Assembly: GCA_964016885.1 (NCBI GenBank)
Contig: OZ024743.1
Location: forward strand, 132,370,001 to 132,434,000
Direction of reading: 5' to 3'
Source: Eledone cirrhosa
Lineage: Eukaryota
DNA: 64,000 nt
Of this stretch, positions 24,201 to 35,385 are shown in pieces. The position numbers and the translations under genes are program-made. Every line of letters starts with the position of its first letter. The first letter of the stretch is position 1. The notes below the pieces were generated by a model. It ran no database searches and had not been told where the DNA came from. It was given only the letters and a program-made list of their open reading frames with translations.

Positions 24201-27200
24201 GGTGCTTGGTGTTTTGTGTTTGGTGTTTGGTTCTTGGTGCTTGGTGGTTGGTGCTTGGTGCTTGGTGCTGGGTGGTTTGCGTTTGGTGCTTGGTGCTTGG
24301 TGTTTGGTGCTTGGTGCTTGGTGCTTGGTGTTTGTTGCTTGGTGCTTGGTGCTTGGTCTTTGGTGCTTGGTGTTTGGTGTCTGGTGCTTGGTGCTTGGTG
24401 TTTGGTGCTTGGTGCTGGGTGATTAGTGTTTGGTGCTTGGTGCTTGGGGTTTGGTGTTTGGTGCTTGGTGCTTGGTGTTTAGTGCTTGGTGCTTGGTGTT
24501 TGGTGCTTGGTGTTTGGTGTTTTCTGTTTGGTGTTTGGTGTTTGGTGTTTGGTGTTTGCTGTTTGGTGTCTGCTTTTTGGTGTTTGGTGTTTGCTGTATG
24601 GTGTTTGCTGTTTCATGTATGGAGTTTGCTGTTTGCTGTTTGGTGTTTCCTGTTTGCTGTTTGGTGTTTGGTGCTTGGTGCTTGGTGTTTGGTGTTTGGT
24701 GCTTGGTGCTTGGTGTTTGGTGCTTAGTGCTTGGTGTTTGGTGTTTGGTGCTTGGTGCCTGGTGCTTGATGTTTGGTGTTTGGTGCTTGGTGCTTGATGT
24801 TTGGTGTTTGGTGCTTGGTGTCTGGTGTTTGGTGCTTGGTGTTTGGTGTTTGGTGCTTGGTGCTTGGTGTTTGGTGTTTGGTGCTTGGTGCTTGGTGTTT
24901 GGTGTTTGGTGCTTGGTGCTTGGTGCTTGGTGATTTGTGTTTGGAGCTTGGTGCTTGGTGTTTGGTGCTTCGGTCTTCATGCTTGGTGTTTCTTGCTTGG
25001 TTCTTGGTGTTTGGTGCTTGGTGCCTGGTGCTTGGTGTTTGGTGTTTGCTGTTTGGTGTCTGCTTTTTGGTGTTTGGTGTTTTGTGCTTGGTGCCTGGTG
25101 TTTGGCATTTGGTGCTTGGTGCTTGGTGTTTGGTGCCTGGTGCTTGGTTTTTGGTGTTTGGTGCTTGGTACCTGGTGCTTGGTGTTTGGTGCCTGGTGTC
25201 TGGTGTTTGGTGCTTGGTGTTTGGTGTTTGGTGGTTGGTGCTTGGTGTTTGGTGTTTGGTGCTGGGTGCTTGGAGGTTGGTGCTTGGTGCTTGGTGCTTA
25301 GTACTTGGTGTTTGGTGTTTGGTGCTTGGTGTTTGGTGTTTGGTGTTTGATGCTTGGTGTGTGCTGCTTGGTGCATGGTGCTTGGTGTTTTGTGTTTGGT
25401 GTTTGGTGCTTGGTGCCTGGTTCTTGGTGCTTGGTGCTTGTTGTTTGGTGCTTGGTGCTTGGTGATTAGTGTTTGGTGCTTGGTGCTTGGGGTTTGCTGT
25501 TTGGTGCTTGGTGTTTGGTGCTTGGTGCTTGGTGTTTGGTGTTTGGTGTTTGGTGCTTCTTGTCTGGTGTTTGGTGTTTGGTGTTTGGTGCTTGGTGCTT
25601 GGTGTTTGGGTTTTGGTGCTTGGTTGTTGGTGTTTGGTGTTTGGTGCTTGGTGTTTGGTGTTTGGTGCTTGGTGTTTGGTGCTGGGTGCTTGGTGCTTGG
25701 TGTTTGGTGCTGGGTGCTTGGTGTTTGGTGCTTGGTGCTTGGTGCTTGGTGCTTGCTGTTTGGTGTTTGGTACTTGGTGCTTGGTGTTTGGTGTTTGATG
25801 CTTGGTGTTTGATGCTTTTTGCTGGGTGCTTGTTGTTTTGTGTTTGGTGTTTGGTGCTTGGTGTATGTACTAGGTGCTTGGTGCTTGGTGTTTGGTGTTG
25901 GTTCTTGGTGTTTGGTTATTGGTGCTTGGTGCTTGGTGTTTGGTGCTTGGTGCTTGGTGTTTGGTACTTGGTGCTTGGTGTTTGGTGTTTGGTGCTTGGT
26001 GTTTGGTGCTTGGTGCTTGGTGCTTGGTGTTAAGTGTTTGGTGCTTGGTGCTTGGTCTTTGGTGCTTCGTGCTTGGTGCTTGGTGTTTGGTGCATGGTGC
26101 TTGGTGTTTGGTGCTTGGTGCCTGGTGCTTGGTGTCTGGTGCTTGGTGATTGGTGCTTGGTGTTTGGTGCTTGGTGTTCGGTGCTTGGTGCTTGGTGCTT
26201 GGTGTTTGATGTTGGGTCCTTGGTGCTTGGTGTTTGGTGTTTGGTGCTTGGTGTTTGGTGTTTGGTGCTTGCTGCTAGCTGCTTGTTTCGTTCTTTGTGA
26301 TTGGTGCTTGGTGTTTGGTGCTTGGTGCTTGGTGCTTGGTGTTAAGTGTTTGGTGCTTGGTGCTTGGTGTTTGATGTTTGGTGCTTGGTGCTTGGTGTTT
26401 GGTGTTTGGTGCTTGGTGCTTGGTGTTTGGTGTTTGGTGCTTGCTGCTTGCTCCTTGGTGTTTGGTGCTTGGTGATTGGTGCTTGGTATTTTGTGCTTGG
26501 TGCTTGGTGTTTGGTGTTTGGTGCTAGGGGCTTGGTGCTTGGTGCTTGGTGTTTGGTGCTTGGTGCTTGCTGTTTGGTGTTTGGTGCTTGGTGCGTGGGA
26601 CTTCGTGTTTGGTGTTTGGTGCTTGGTGTTTGGTGCTTGGTGTTTGGGGCATGGTGTTCGGTGCTTGGTGCTTGGTGCTTGGTGCTTGGTGTTTGGTGTT
26701 TGGTGCTTGGTGCTTGGTGTTTGATATTGGGTCCTTGGTGCTTGGTGTTTGGTGTTTGGTGCTTGGTGTTTGGTGTTTGGTGCTTGCTGCTTGCTGCTTG
26801 TTGTTTCGTTCTTTGTGATTGGTGCTTGGTGCTTGTTGTTTGGTGCTTGGTGCTTGGTGTTTGGTGTTTGGTGCTTGGTGCTTGGGGCTTGGTGTTTGGT
26901 GCTTGGTGCTTGGTGCTTGGTGTTTGGTGTTTGGTGCTTGGTGTTTGGTGCTTGGTGTTTGGTGCTGGGTGGTGGGTGTTTGGTGCTTGGTGCTTGGTGT
27001 TTGGTGCTTGGTGTTTGGTGCTTGTTGTTTGGTGCTTGGTGCTTGGTGCTTGGTCTTTGGTGCTTGGTGTTTGGCGTTTGGTGCTTGGTGCTTGGTGTTT
27101 GGTGCTTGGTGCTTGGTGCTTGGTGTTTGGTGCTTGGTGCTTGGTGATTAGTGTTTGTTGCTTGGTGCTTGGGGTTTGGTGGTTGGTGCTTGGTGCTTGG

Positions 27201-28300
27201 TGTTTGGTGTTTGGTGTTTGGTGTTTTGTGTTTGCTGTTTGGTGTCTGCTTTTTGGTGTTTGGTGTTTGCTGTATGGTGTTTGCTGTTTCGTATTTGGTT
27301 TTTGCTGTTTGGTGTTTGGTGTTTGCTGTTTGGTGTTTGGTGTTTTGTGTTTGGTGCTTGGTGCTTGGTGTTTGGTGCTTGGTGCTTGGTGCTCGGTGTT
27401 TGGTGCTTGGTGCTTGGTGTTTGGTGCTTGGGGCTTGGTGTTTGGTCCTTGGTGTTTGGTGTTTGTTGCTTGGTGTTTGGTGTTTGTTACTTGGTGCTTG
27501 GTGCTTGGTGCTTGGTGTTTGGTGCTTGGTGCTTGGTGCTTGGTGTTTGATGCTGCGTGCTTGGTGTTTGGTGTTTGGGGCTTGGTGCTTGGTGTTTGGT
27601 GTTTGGTGCTTGGTGCCTGGTGCTTGTTGTTTAGTGTTAGGTGCTTGGTGCTTGGTGTTTGGTGTTTGGTGCTTGGTGCTTGGTATCTGGTATTTGGTGC
27701 TTGGTGTTTGGTGTTTGGTGCTTCGTGCTTGGTGCTTGGTTCCTGGTGCTTGGTGTTTGGTGCTTGGTGTTTGGTGCTTGGTGGTTGGTGTTTGGTGTTT
27801 GATGCTTGGTGTTTGCTGCTTGGTGCTTGGTGCTTGGTGTTTTGTGTTTGGTGCTTGGTGCTTGGTGCCTGGTGCTTGGTGCTTCGTTCTTGTTGTTTGG
27901 TGCTTGGTGCTTGGTGATTAGTGTTTGGTGCTTGGTGCTTGCGGTTTGGTGTTTGGTGCTTGGGGTTTGGTGTTTGGTGCTTGGTGCTTGGTGTTTGGTG
28001 CTTGGTGCTTGGTGCTTGGTGTTTGGTGCTTGTTGCTTGGTATTTGGTGCTTGGTGCTTGGTGTTTGGTGCTTGGTGTTTGGTGCTTGGTGTTTGGTGCT
28101 TGGTGCTTGGTGTAAGGTGTTTGGTGCTTGGTGCTTGTGCTTGATGTTTGGTCCTTGGTGCTTGGTGTTTGGTGTTTGGTTCTTGGTGCTTGGTGTTTGG
28201 TGTTTGGTGCTTGGTGCTTGGTGCTTGGTGTTTTGTGTTTGGAGCTTGGTGCTTGGTGTTTGGTGCTTCGGTCTTCATGCTTGGTGTTTCTTGCTTGGTG
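17105..28300 (+). repeat. Higher-order tandem duplication, unit ~5.45 kb (copy 1) / ~5.74 kb (copy 2)
   Basis: ORF offsets 5447 (17131/22578), 5559 (17463/23022, 18125/23684, 19795/25354) and 5741 (20078/25819, 20605/26346, 22065/27806). Shared private markers TATGTA-CTAGGTG, CTAGCTG and CTTGGAG-GTTGGTG. Confidence 0.92.
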
Positions 28301-31300
28301 CTTGGTGTTTGGTGCTTGGTGCCTGGTGCTTGGTGTTTGGTGTTTGCTGATTGGTGTCTGCTTTTTGGTGTTTGGTGTTTTGTGCTTGGTGCCTGGTGTT
28401 TGGCATTTGGTGCTTGGTGCTTGGTGTTTGGTGCTTGGTGCTTGGTTTTTGGTGTTTGGTGCTTGGTACCTGGTGCTTGTTGTTTGGTGTTTGGTGCTTG
28501 GTGCTTGGTGCTTGGTGTTTGGTGCCTGGTGTCTGGTGTTTGGTGCTTGGTGTTTGGTGTTTGGTGGTTGGTGCTTGGTGTTTGGTGTTTGGTGCTGGGT
28601 GCTTGGAGTTTGGTGCTTGGTGCTTGGTGCTTAGTGCTTGGTGTTTGGTGTTTGGTGCTTGGTGTTTGGTGTTTGGTGTTTGATGCTTGGTGTGTGCTGC
28701 TTGGTGCTTGGTGCTTGGTGTTTTGTGTTTGGTGTTTGGTGCTTGGTGCCTGGTTCTTGGTGCTTGGTGCTTGTTGTTTTGTGCTTGGTGCTTGGTGATT
28801 AGTGTTTTGTGCTTGGTGCTTGGGGTTTGCTGTTTGGTACTTGGTGTTTGGTGCTTGGTGCTTGGTGTTTGGTGTTTGGTGTTTGGTGCTTGGTGTCTGG
28901 TGTTTGGTGTTTGGTGTTTGGTGCTTGGTGCTTGGTGTTTGGGTTTTGGTGCTTGGTTGTTGGTGTTTGGTGTTTGGTGCTTGGTGTTTGGTGTTTGGTG
29001 CTTGGTGTTTGGTGCTGGGTGCTTGGTGCTTGGTGTTTGGTGCTGGGTGCTTGGTGTTTGGTGCTTGGTGCTTGGTGCTTGGTGCTTGGTGTTTGGTGTT
29101 TGGTACTTGGTGCTTGGTGTTTGGTGTTTGATGCTTGGTGTGTGCTGCTTGGTGCTTGGTGCTTGGTGTTTTGTGTTTGGTGTTTGGTGCTTGGTGCCTG
29201 GTTCTTGGTGCTTGGTGCTTGTTGTTTGGTGCTTGGTGCTTGGTGATTAGTGTTTTGTGCTTGGTGCTTGGGGTTTGCTGTTTGGTACTTGGTGTTTGGT
29301 GCTTGGTGCTTGGTGTTTGGTGTTTGGTGTTTGGTGCTTGGTGTCTGGTGTTTGGTGTTTGGTGTTTGGTGCTTGGTGCTTGGTGTTTGGGTTTTGGTGC
29401 TTGGTTGTTGGTGTTTGGTGTTTGGTGCTTGGTGTTTGGTGTTTGGTGCTTGGTGTTTGGTGCTTGGTGCTTGGTGTTTGGTGTTGGTTCTTGGTGTTTG
29501 GTGATTGGTGCTTGGTGCTTGGTGTTTGGTGCTTGGTGCTTGGTGTTTGGTACTTGGTGCTTGGTGTTTGGTGTTTGGTGCTTGGTGTTTGGTGCTTGGT
29601 GCTTGGTGCTTGGTGTTAAGTGTTTGGTGCTTGGTGCTTGGTCTTTGGTGCTTCGTGCTTGGTGCTTGGTGTTTGGTGCATGGTGCTTGGTGTTTGGTGC
29701 TTGGTGCCTGGTGCTTGGTGTCTGGTGCTTGGTGATTGGTGCTTGGTGTTTGGTGCTTGGTGTTCGGTGCTTGGTGCTTGGTGTTTGGTGCTTGCTGTTT
29801 GGTGCTTGGTGTTCGGTGCTTGGTCCTTGGTGCTTGGTGTTAGGTGTTTGGTGCTTGGTGCTTGGTGTTTGGTGTTTGGTGCTTGCTGCTTGCTGCTTGG
29901 TGTTTGGTGCTTGGTGATTGGTGCTTGGTGTTTGGTGTTTGGTGTTTGGTGTTTGGTGCTTTGTGTTTGGTGCTTGGTGCTTGGTGCTTGGTGTTAAGTG
30001 TTTGGTGCTTGGTGCTTGGTGTTAGGTGCTTCGTGCTTGGTGCTTGGTGTTTGGTGCATGGTGCTTGGTGTTTGGTGCTTGGTGCCTGGTCCTTGGTTGT
30101 TTGGTTCTTGGTGTTTGGTGCTTGGTGCTTGGTGCTTGGTGTTCGGTGCTTTGTGCTTGGTGCTTGGTGCTTGGTGTTTGATGTTTGGTCCTTGGTGCTT
30201 GGTGTTTGGTGTTTTGTGCTTGGTGCTTGGTGCTTGGTGTTTGGTGCTTGGTGCTTGGTGCTTGGTGTTTGGCGTTTGCTGTTTGCTGTTTGCTGTTTGA
30301 TATTTGCTGTTTGGTGTTTGCTGTTTGGTGTTTGGTGTTTGGTGCTTGCTGTTTGGTGCTTGGTGCTTGGTGTTTGGTGTTTGGTGTTTGGTGCCTGGTG
30401 CTTGGTGTCTGGTCCTTGGTGCTTGGTGCTTGGTCTTTGGTGATTGGGGTTTGGTGTTTGGTGCTTGGTGCTTGGTGTTTGGTGCTTGCTGCTTGGTGAT
30501 TAGTGTTTGGTGATTGGTGCTTGGGGTTTGGTGTTTGGTGCTTGGTGTTTGGTGCTTGGTGCTTGCTGTTTGGTGTTTGGTGTTTGGTTCTTGGTGCTTG
30601 GTGTTTGGTGTTTGGTGTTTGGTGCTTGGTGCCTGGTGCTTGGTGTTTGGTGTTTGCTGTTTGGTGTCTGCTTTTTGGTGTTTGGTGTTTGGTGCCTGGT
30701 GTCTGGTGTTTGGTGTTTGGTGTTTGGTGTTTGGTGGTTGGTGCTTGGTGTTTGGTGTTTGGTGCTGGGTGCTTGGAGTTTGGTGCTTGGTGCTTGGTGC
30801 TTAGTGCTTGGTGCTTGGTGTTTGGTGCTTGGTGTTTGGTGTTTGGTGTTTGATGCTTGGTGTGTGCTGCTTGGTGCTTGGTGCTTGGTGTTTTGTGTTT
30901 GGTGTTTGGTTCTTGGTGCTTGGTGGTTGGTGCTTGGTGCTTGGTGCTGGGTGGTTTGCGTTTGGTGCTTGGTGCTTGGTGTTTGGTGCTTGGTGCTTGG
31001 TGCTTGGTGTTTGTTGCTTGGTGCTTGGTGCTTGGTCTTTGGTGCTTGGTGTTTGGTGTCTGGTGCTTGGTGCTTGGTGTTTGGTGCTTGGTGCTGGGTG
31101 ATTAGTGTTTGGTGCTTGGTGCTTGGGGTTTGGTGTTTGGTGCTTGGTGCTTGGTGTTTAGTGCTTGGTGCTTGGTGTTTGGTGCTTGGTGTTTGGTGTT
31201 TTCTGTTTGGTGTTTGGTGTTTGGTGTTTGGTGTTTGCTGTTTGGTGTCTGCTTTTTGGTGTTTGGTGTTTGCTGTATGGTGTTTGCTGTTTCATGTATG

Positions 31301-31560
31301 GAGTTTGCTGTTTGCTGTTTGGTGTTTCCTGTTTGCTGTTTGGTGTTTGGTGCTTGGTGCTTGGTGTTTGGTGTTTGGTGCTTGGTGCTTGGTGTTTGGT
31401 GCTTAGTGCTTGGTGTTTGGTGTTTGGTGCTTGGTGCTTGGTGCTTGATGTTTGGTGTTTGGTGCTTGGTGCTTGATGTTTGGTGTTTGGTGCTTGGTGT
31501 CTGGTGTTTGGTGCTTGGTGTTTGGTGTTTGGTGCTTGGTGCTTGGTGTTTGGTGTTTGG
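27900..31560 (+). repeat. Distant paralog of the ~11.2-14.1 kb block (offset 16715 over its first ~2 kb), continuing into a paralog of ~18.3-19.3 kb
   Basis: ORF offset 16715 (11210/27925, 11972/28687, 12905/29620). Then 30808 and 30857 match 18570 and 18619. Confidence 0.85.
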
Positions 31561-31719
31561 TGCTTGGTGCTTGGTGTTTGGTGTTTGGTGCTTGGTGTTT
31601 GGTGTTTGGTGCTTGGTACTTGGTGTTTGGTGCTTGGTGCTTGGTGCTTGGTGTTTGGTGTTTGGTGCTTGGTGCTTGGTGTTTGGTGTTTGGTGTTTGA
31701 TGTTTGGTGTTTGATGCTT

Positions 31720-34700
31720 GGTGCTTGGTGCTTGGTGTTTGGTGCTTGGTGCTTGGTGTTTGTACTTGGTGCTTGGTGTCTGGTGCTTGGTGCTTGGTGT
31801 TTGGTGCTTGGTGCTTGATGCATGGTGTTTGGTGTTTGGTGTTTGGTGCTTGGTGCTTGTTGTTTGGTGCTTGGTGCTTGGTGTTTGGTGCTTCGTGCTT
31901 GGTGCTTGGTGCTTGGTGTTTGGTGTTTGGTGTTTGATCTTTGGTGCTTGGTGCTTGGTGTTTGGTGTTTGGTGCTTGGTGCTTGGTGTTTGGTGTTTGA
32001 TGCTTTGTGTTTGATGCTTGGAGCTTGGTGTTTGGTGCTTGGTGTTTGGTGCTTGGTGCTTGATGCTTGGTGTTTGGTGCTTGGTGTTTGGTGCTTGGTG
32101 CTTGGTGCTTTGTGTTTGGTGTTTGCTGTTTGCTGTTTGGTGTTTGGTGTTTGCTGTTTGGTGTTTGCTGTTTGGTGTTTGGTGTTTGGTGCTTGCTGTT
32201 TGGTGCTTCGGGCTTGGTGTTTGGTGCTTGGTGCTTGGTGCTTGGTGCTTGGTGTTTGGTGTTTGGTGCTTGGTGTTTGGTGCTTGGTGCTTGGTGCTTG
32301 GTGTTAGGTGTTTGGTGCTTGGTGCTTGGTGTTTTATGCTTGGTGCTTGGTGTTTGGTGCTTGGTGCTTGGTGTTTGGTGATTGGTGCTTGGTGTTTCGT
32401 GTTTGGTGCTTGGTGCTTGGTGTTAGGTGTTTGGTGCTTGGTGCTTGGTGTTTGGTGTTTGGTCCTTGGTGCTTGGTGTTTGGTGCTTTGTGCTTGGTGT
32501 TTGTTGTTTGGTGCTTTCTGCTTGCTGCTTTGTGTTTGCTGCTTGGTGCTTGGTGTTTGGTGCTTGTTGCTTGGTGTTTGGTGTTTGGTGTTTGATGCTT
32601 GGTGTTTGATGCTTCGTGTTTGATGCTTGGTGCTTGGTGCTGGGTGTTTGGTGCTTGGTGCTTGGTGTTTGTACTTGGTGCTTGGTGCTTGGTGTTTGGT
32701 GCTTGGTTCTTGGTGTTTGGTGCTTGGTGTTTGGTGCTTGGTGCTTGGTGTTTGGTGTTTGGTGCTTGGTGTTTGGTGCTTGGTGCTTGGGGCTTGGTGT
32801 TTGGCGCTTGGTGCTTGGTGTTTGGTGCTTGGTGCTTGGTGTTTGGTGTTTGGTGTTTGGTGCTTGGTGCTTGGTGTTTGGTGCTTCGTGGTTGGTGTTA
32901 GGTGTTTGGTGCTTGGTGCTTGGTGTTTTGTCCTTCGTGCTTGGTGCTTGGTGTTTGGTGCTTGGTGCTTGGTGTTAGGTGTTTGGTGCTTGGGGCTTGG
33001 TGTTTGGTGCTTGGTGCTGCTGCTTGGTGTTTGGTGCTTGGTGATTGCTGCTTGGTGTTTGGTGCTTGGTGTTTGGTGTTTGGTGTTTGGTGCTTGGGGC
33101 TTGGTGTTTGGTGCTTGGTGCTTGGTGCTTGGTGTTTGATGCTTGGTGTTTGGTGTTTGGTGTTTGGTGCTTGGTGCTTGGTGTTTGGTGCTTGGTGCTT
33201 GGTGCTGGGTGGTTGGTGTTTGGTGCTTGGTGCTTGGTGTTTGGTGCTTGGTGCTTGGTGTTTGGTTCTTGGTGCTTGGTGCTTGGTCCTTGGTGTTTGG
33301 TGTTTAGTGCTTGGTGCTTGGTGCTTGGTGTTTAGTGCTTGGTGCTTGGTGCTTGGTGTTTAGTGCTTAGTGCTTGGTGCATTGTGATTAGAGTTTGGTG
33401 CTTGGTGCTTGGGGTTTGGTGTTTGGTGCTTGGTGCTTGGTGTTTGGTGCTTGGAACTTGGTGTTTGGTGCTTGGTGTTTGCTGTTTGCTGTTTAGTGTT
33501 TGGTGTTTGGTGTTTGGGGTTTGTACTTGCTGCTTGGTGTCTGGTGCTTGGTGCTTGGTGTTTGGTGCTTGGTGCTTGGTGTTTGTACTTGGTGCTTGGT
33601 GTCTGGTGCTTGGTGCTTGGTGTTTGGTGCTTGGTGCTTGATGCATGGTGTTTGGTGTTTGGTGTTTGGTGCTTGGTGCTTGTTGTTTGGTGCTTGGTGC
33701 TTGGTGTTTGGTGCTTCGTGCTTGGTGCTTGGTGCTTGGTGTTTGGTGTTTGATCTTTGGTGCTTGGTGCTTGGTGTTTGGTGTTTGGTGCTTGGTGCTT
33801 GGTGTTTGGTGTTTGATGCTTTGTGTTTGATGCTTGGAGCTTGGTGTTTGGTGCTTGGTGTTTGGTGCTTGGTGCTTGATGCTTGGTGTTTGGTGCTTGG
33901 TGTTTGGTGCTTGGTGCTTGGTGCTTTGTGTTTGGTGTTTGCTGTTTGCTGTTTGGTGTTTGGTGTTTGCTGTTTGGTGTTTGCTGTTTGGTGTTTGGTG
34001 TTTGGTGCTTGCTGTTTGGTGCTTGGTGTTTGGTGCTTGGTGCTTGGTATTTTGTGTTTGGTGCTTGGTGCTTGGGGCTTGGTGTTTGGTGCTTGGTGCT
34101 TGGTGCTTGGTGCTTGGTGTTTGGTGTTTGGTGCTTGGTGTTTGGCGCTTGGTGCTTGGTGCTTGGTGTTAGGTGTTTGGTGCTTGGTGCTTGGTGTTTT
34201 ATGCTTGGTGCTTGGTGTTTGGTGCTTGGTGCTTGGTGTTTGGTGATTGGTGCTTGGTGTTTCGTGTTTGGTGCTTGGTGCTTGGTGTTAGGTGTTTGGT
34301 GCTTGGTGCTTGGTGTTTGGTGTTTGGTCCTTGGTGCTTGGTGTTTGGTGCTTTGTGCTTGGTGTTTGTTGTTTGGTGCTTTCTGCTTGCTGCTTTGTGT
34401 TTGCTGCTTGGTGCTTGGTGTTTGGTGCTTGTTGCTTGGTGTTTGGTGTTTGGTGTTTGATGCTTGGTGTTTGATGCTTCGTGTTTGATGCTTGGTGCTT
34501 GGTGCTGGGTGTTTGGTGCTTGGTGCTTGGTGTTTGTACTTGGTGCTTGGTGCTTGGTGTTTGGTGCTTGGTTCTTGGTGTTTGGTGCTTGGTGTTTGGT
34601 GCTTGGTGCTTGGTGTTTGGTGTTTGGTGCTTGGTGTTTGGTGCTTGGTGCTTGGGGCTTGGTGTTTGGCGCTTGGTGCTTGGTGTTTGGTGCTTGGTGC

Positions 34701-35385
34701 TTGGTGTTTGGTGTTTGGTGTTTGGTGCTTGGTGCTTGGTGTTTGGTGCTTCGTGGTTGGTGTTAGGTGTTTGGTGCTTGGTGCTTGGTGTTTTGTCCTT
34801 CGTGCTTGGTGCTTGGTGTTTGGTGCTTGGTGCTTGGTGTTAGGTGTTTGGTGCTTGGGGCTTGGTGTTTGGTGCTTGGTGCTGCTGCTTGGTGTTTGGT
34901 GCTTGGTGATTGCTGCTAGGTGTTTGGTGCTTGGTGTTTGGTGTTTGGTGTTTGGTGCTTGGGGCTTGGTGTTTGGTGCTTGGTGCTTGGTGCTTGGTGT
35001 TTGATGCTTGGTGTTTGGTGTTTGGTGTTTGGTGCTTGGTGCTTGGTGTTTGGTGCTTGGTGCTTGGTGCTGGGTGGTTGGTGTTTGGTGCTTGGTGCTT
35101 GGTGTTTGGTGCTTGGTGCTTGGTGTTTGGTTCTTGGTGCTTGGTGCTTGGTCCTTGGTGTTTGGTGTTTAGTGCTTGGTGCTTGGTGCTTGGTGTTTAG
35201 TGCTTGGTGCTTGGTGCTTGGTGTTTAGTGCTTAGTGCTTGGTGCATTGTGATTAGAGTTTGGTGCTTGGTGCTTGGGGTTTGGTGTTTGGTGATTGGTG
35301 CTTGGTGTTTGGTGCTTGGAACTTGGTGTTTGGTGCTTGGTGTTTGCTGTTTGCTGTTTAGTGTTTGGTGTTTGGTGTTTGGGGT
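31720..35385 (+). repeat. Tandem duplication, period ~1.82-1.87 kb (2 copies)
   Basis: ORF offsets 1823 (31822/33645) and 1865 (32308/34173, 32599/34464, 33339/35204). Markers CTTGATG-CATGGTG, TTTGATC and TTTTATG. Confidence 0.9.
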
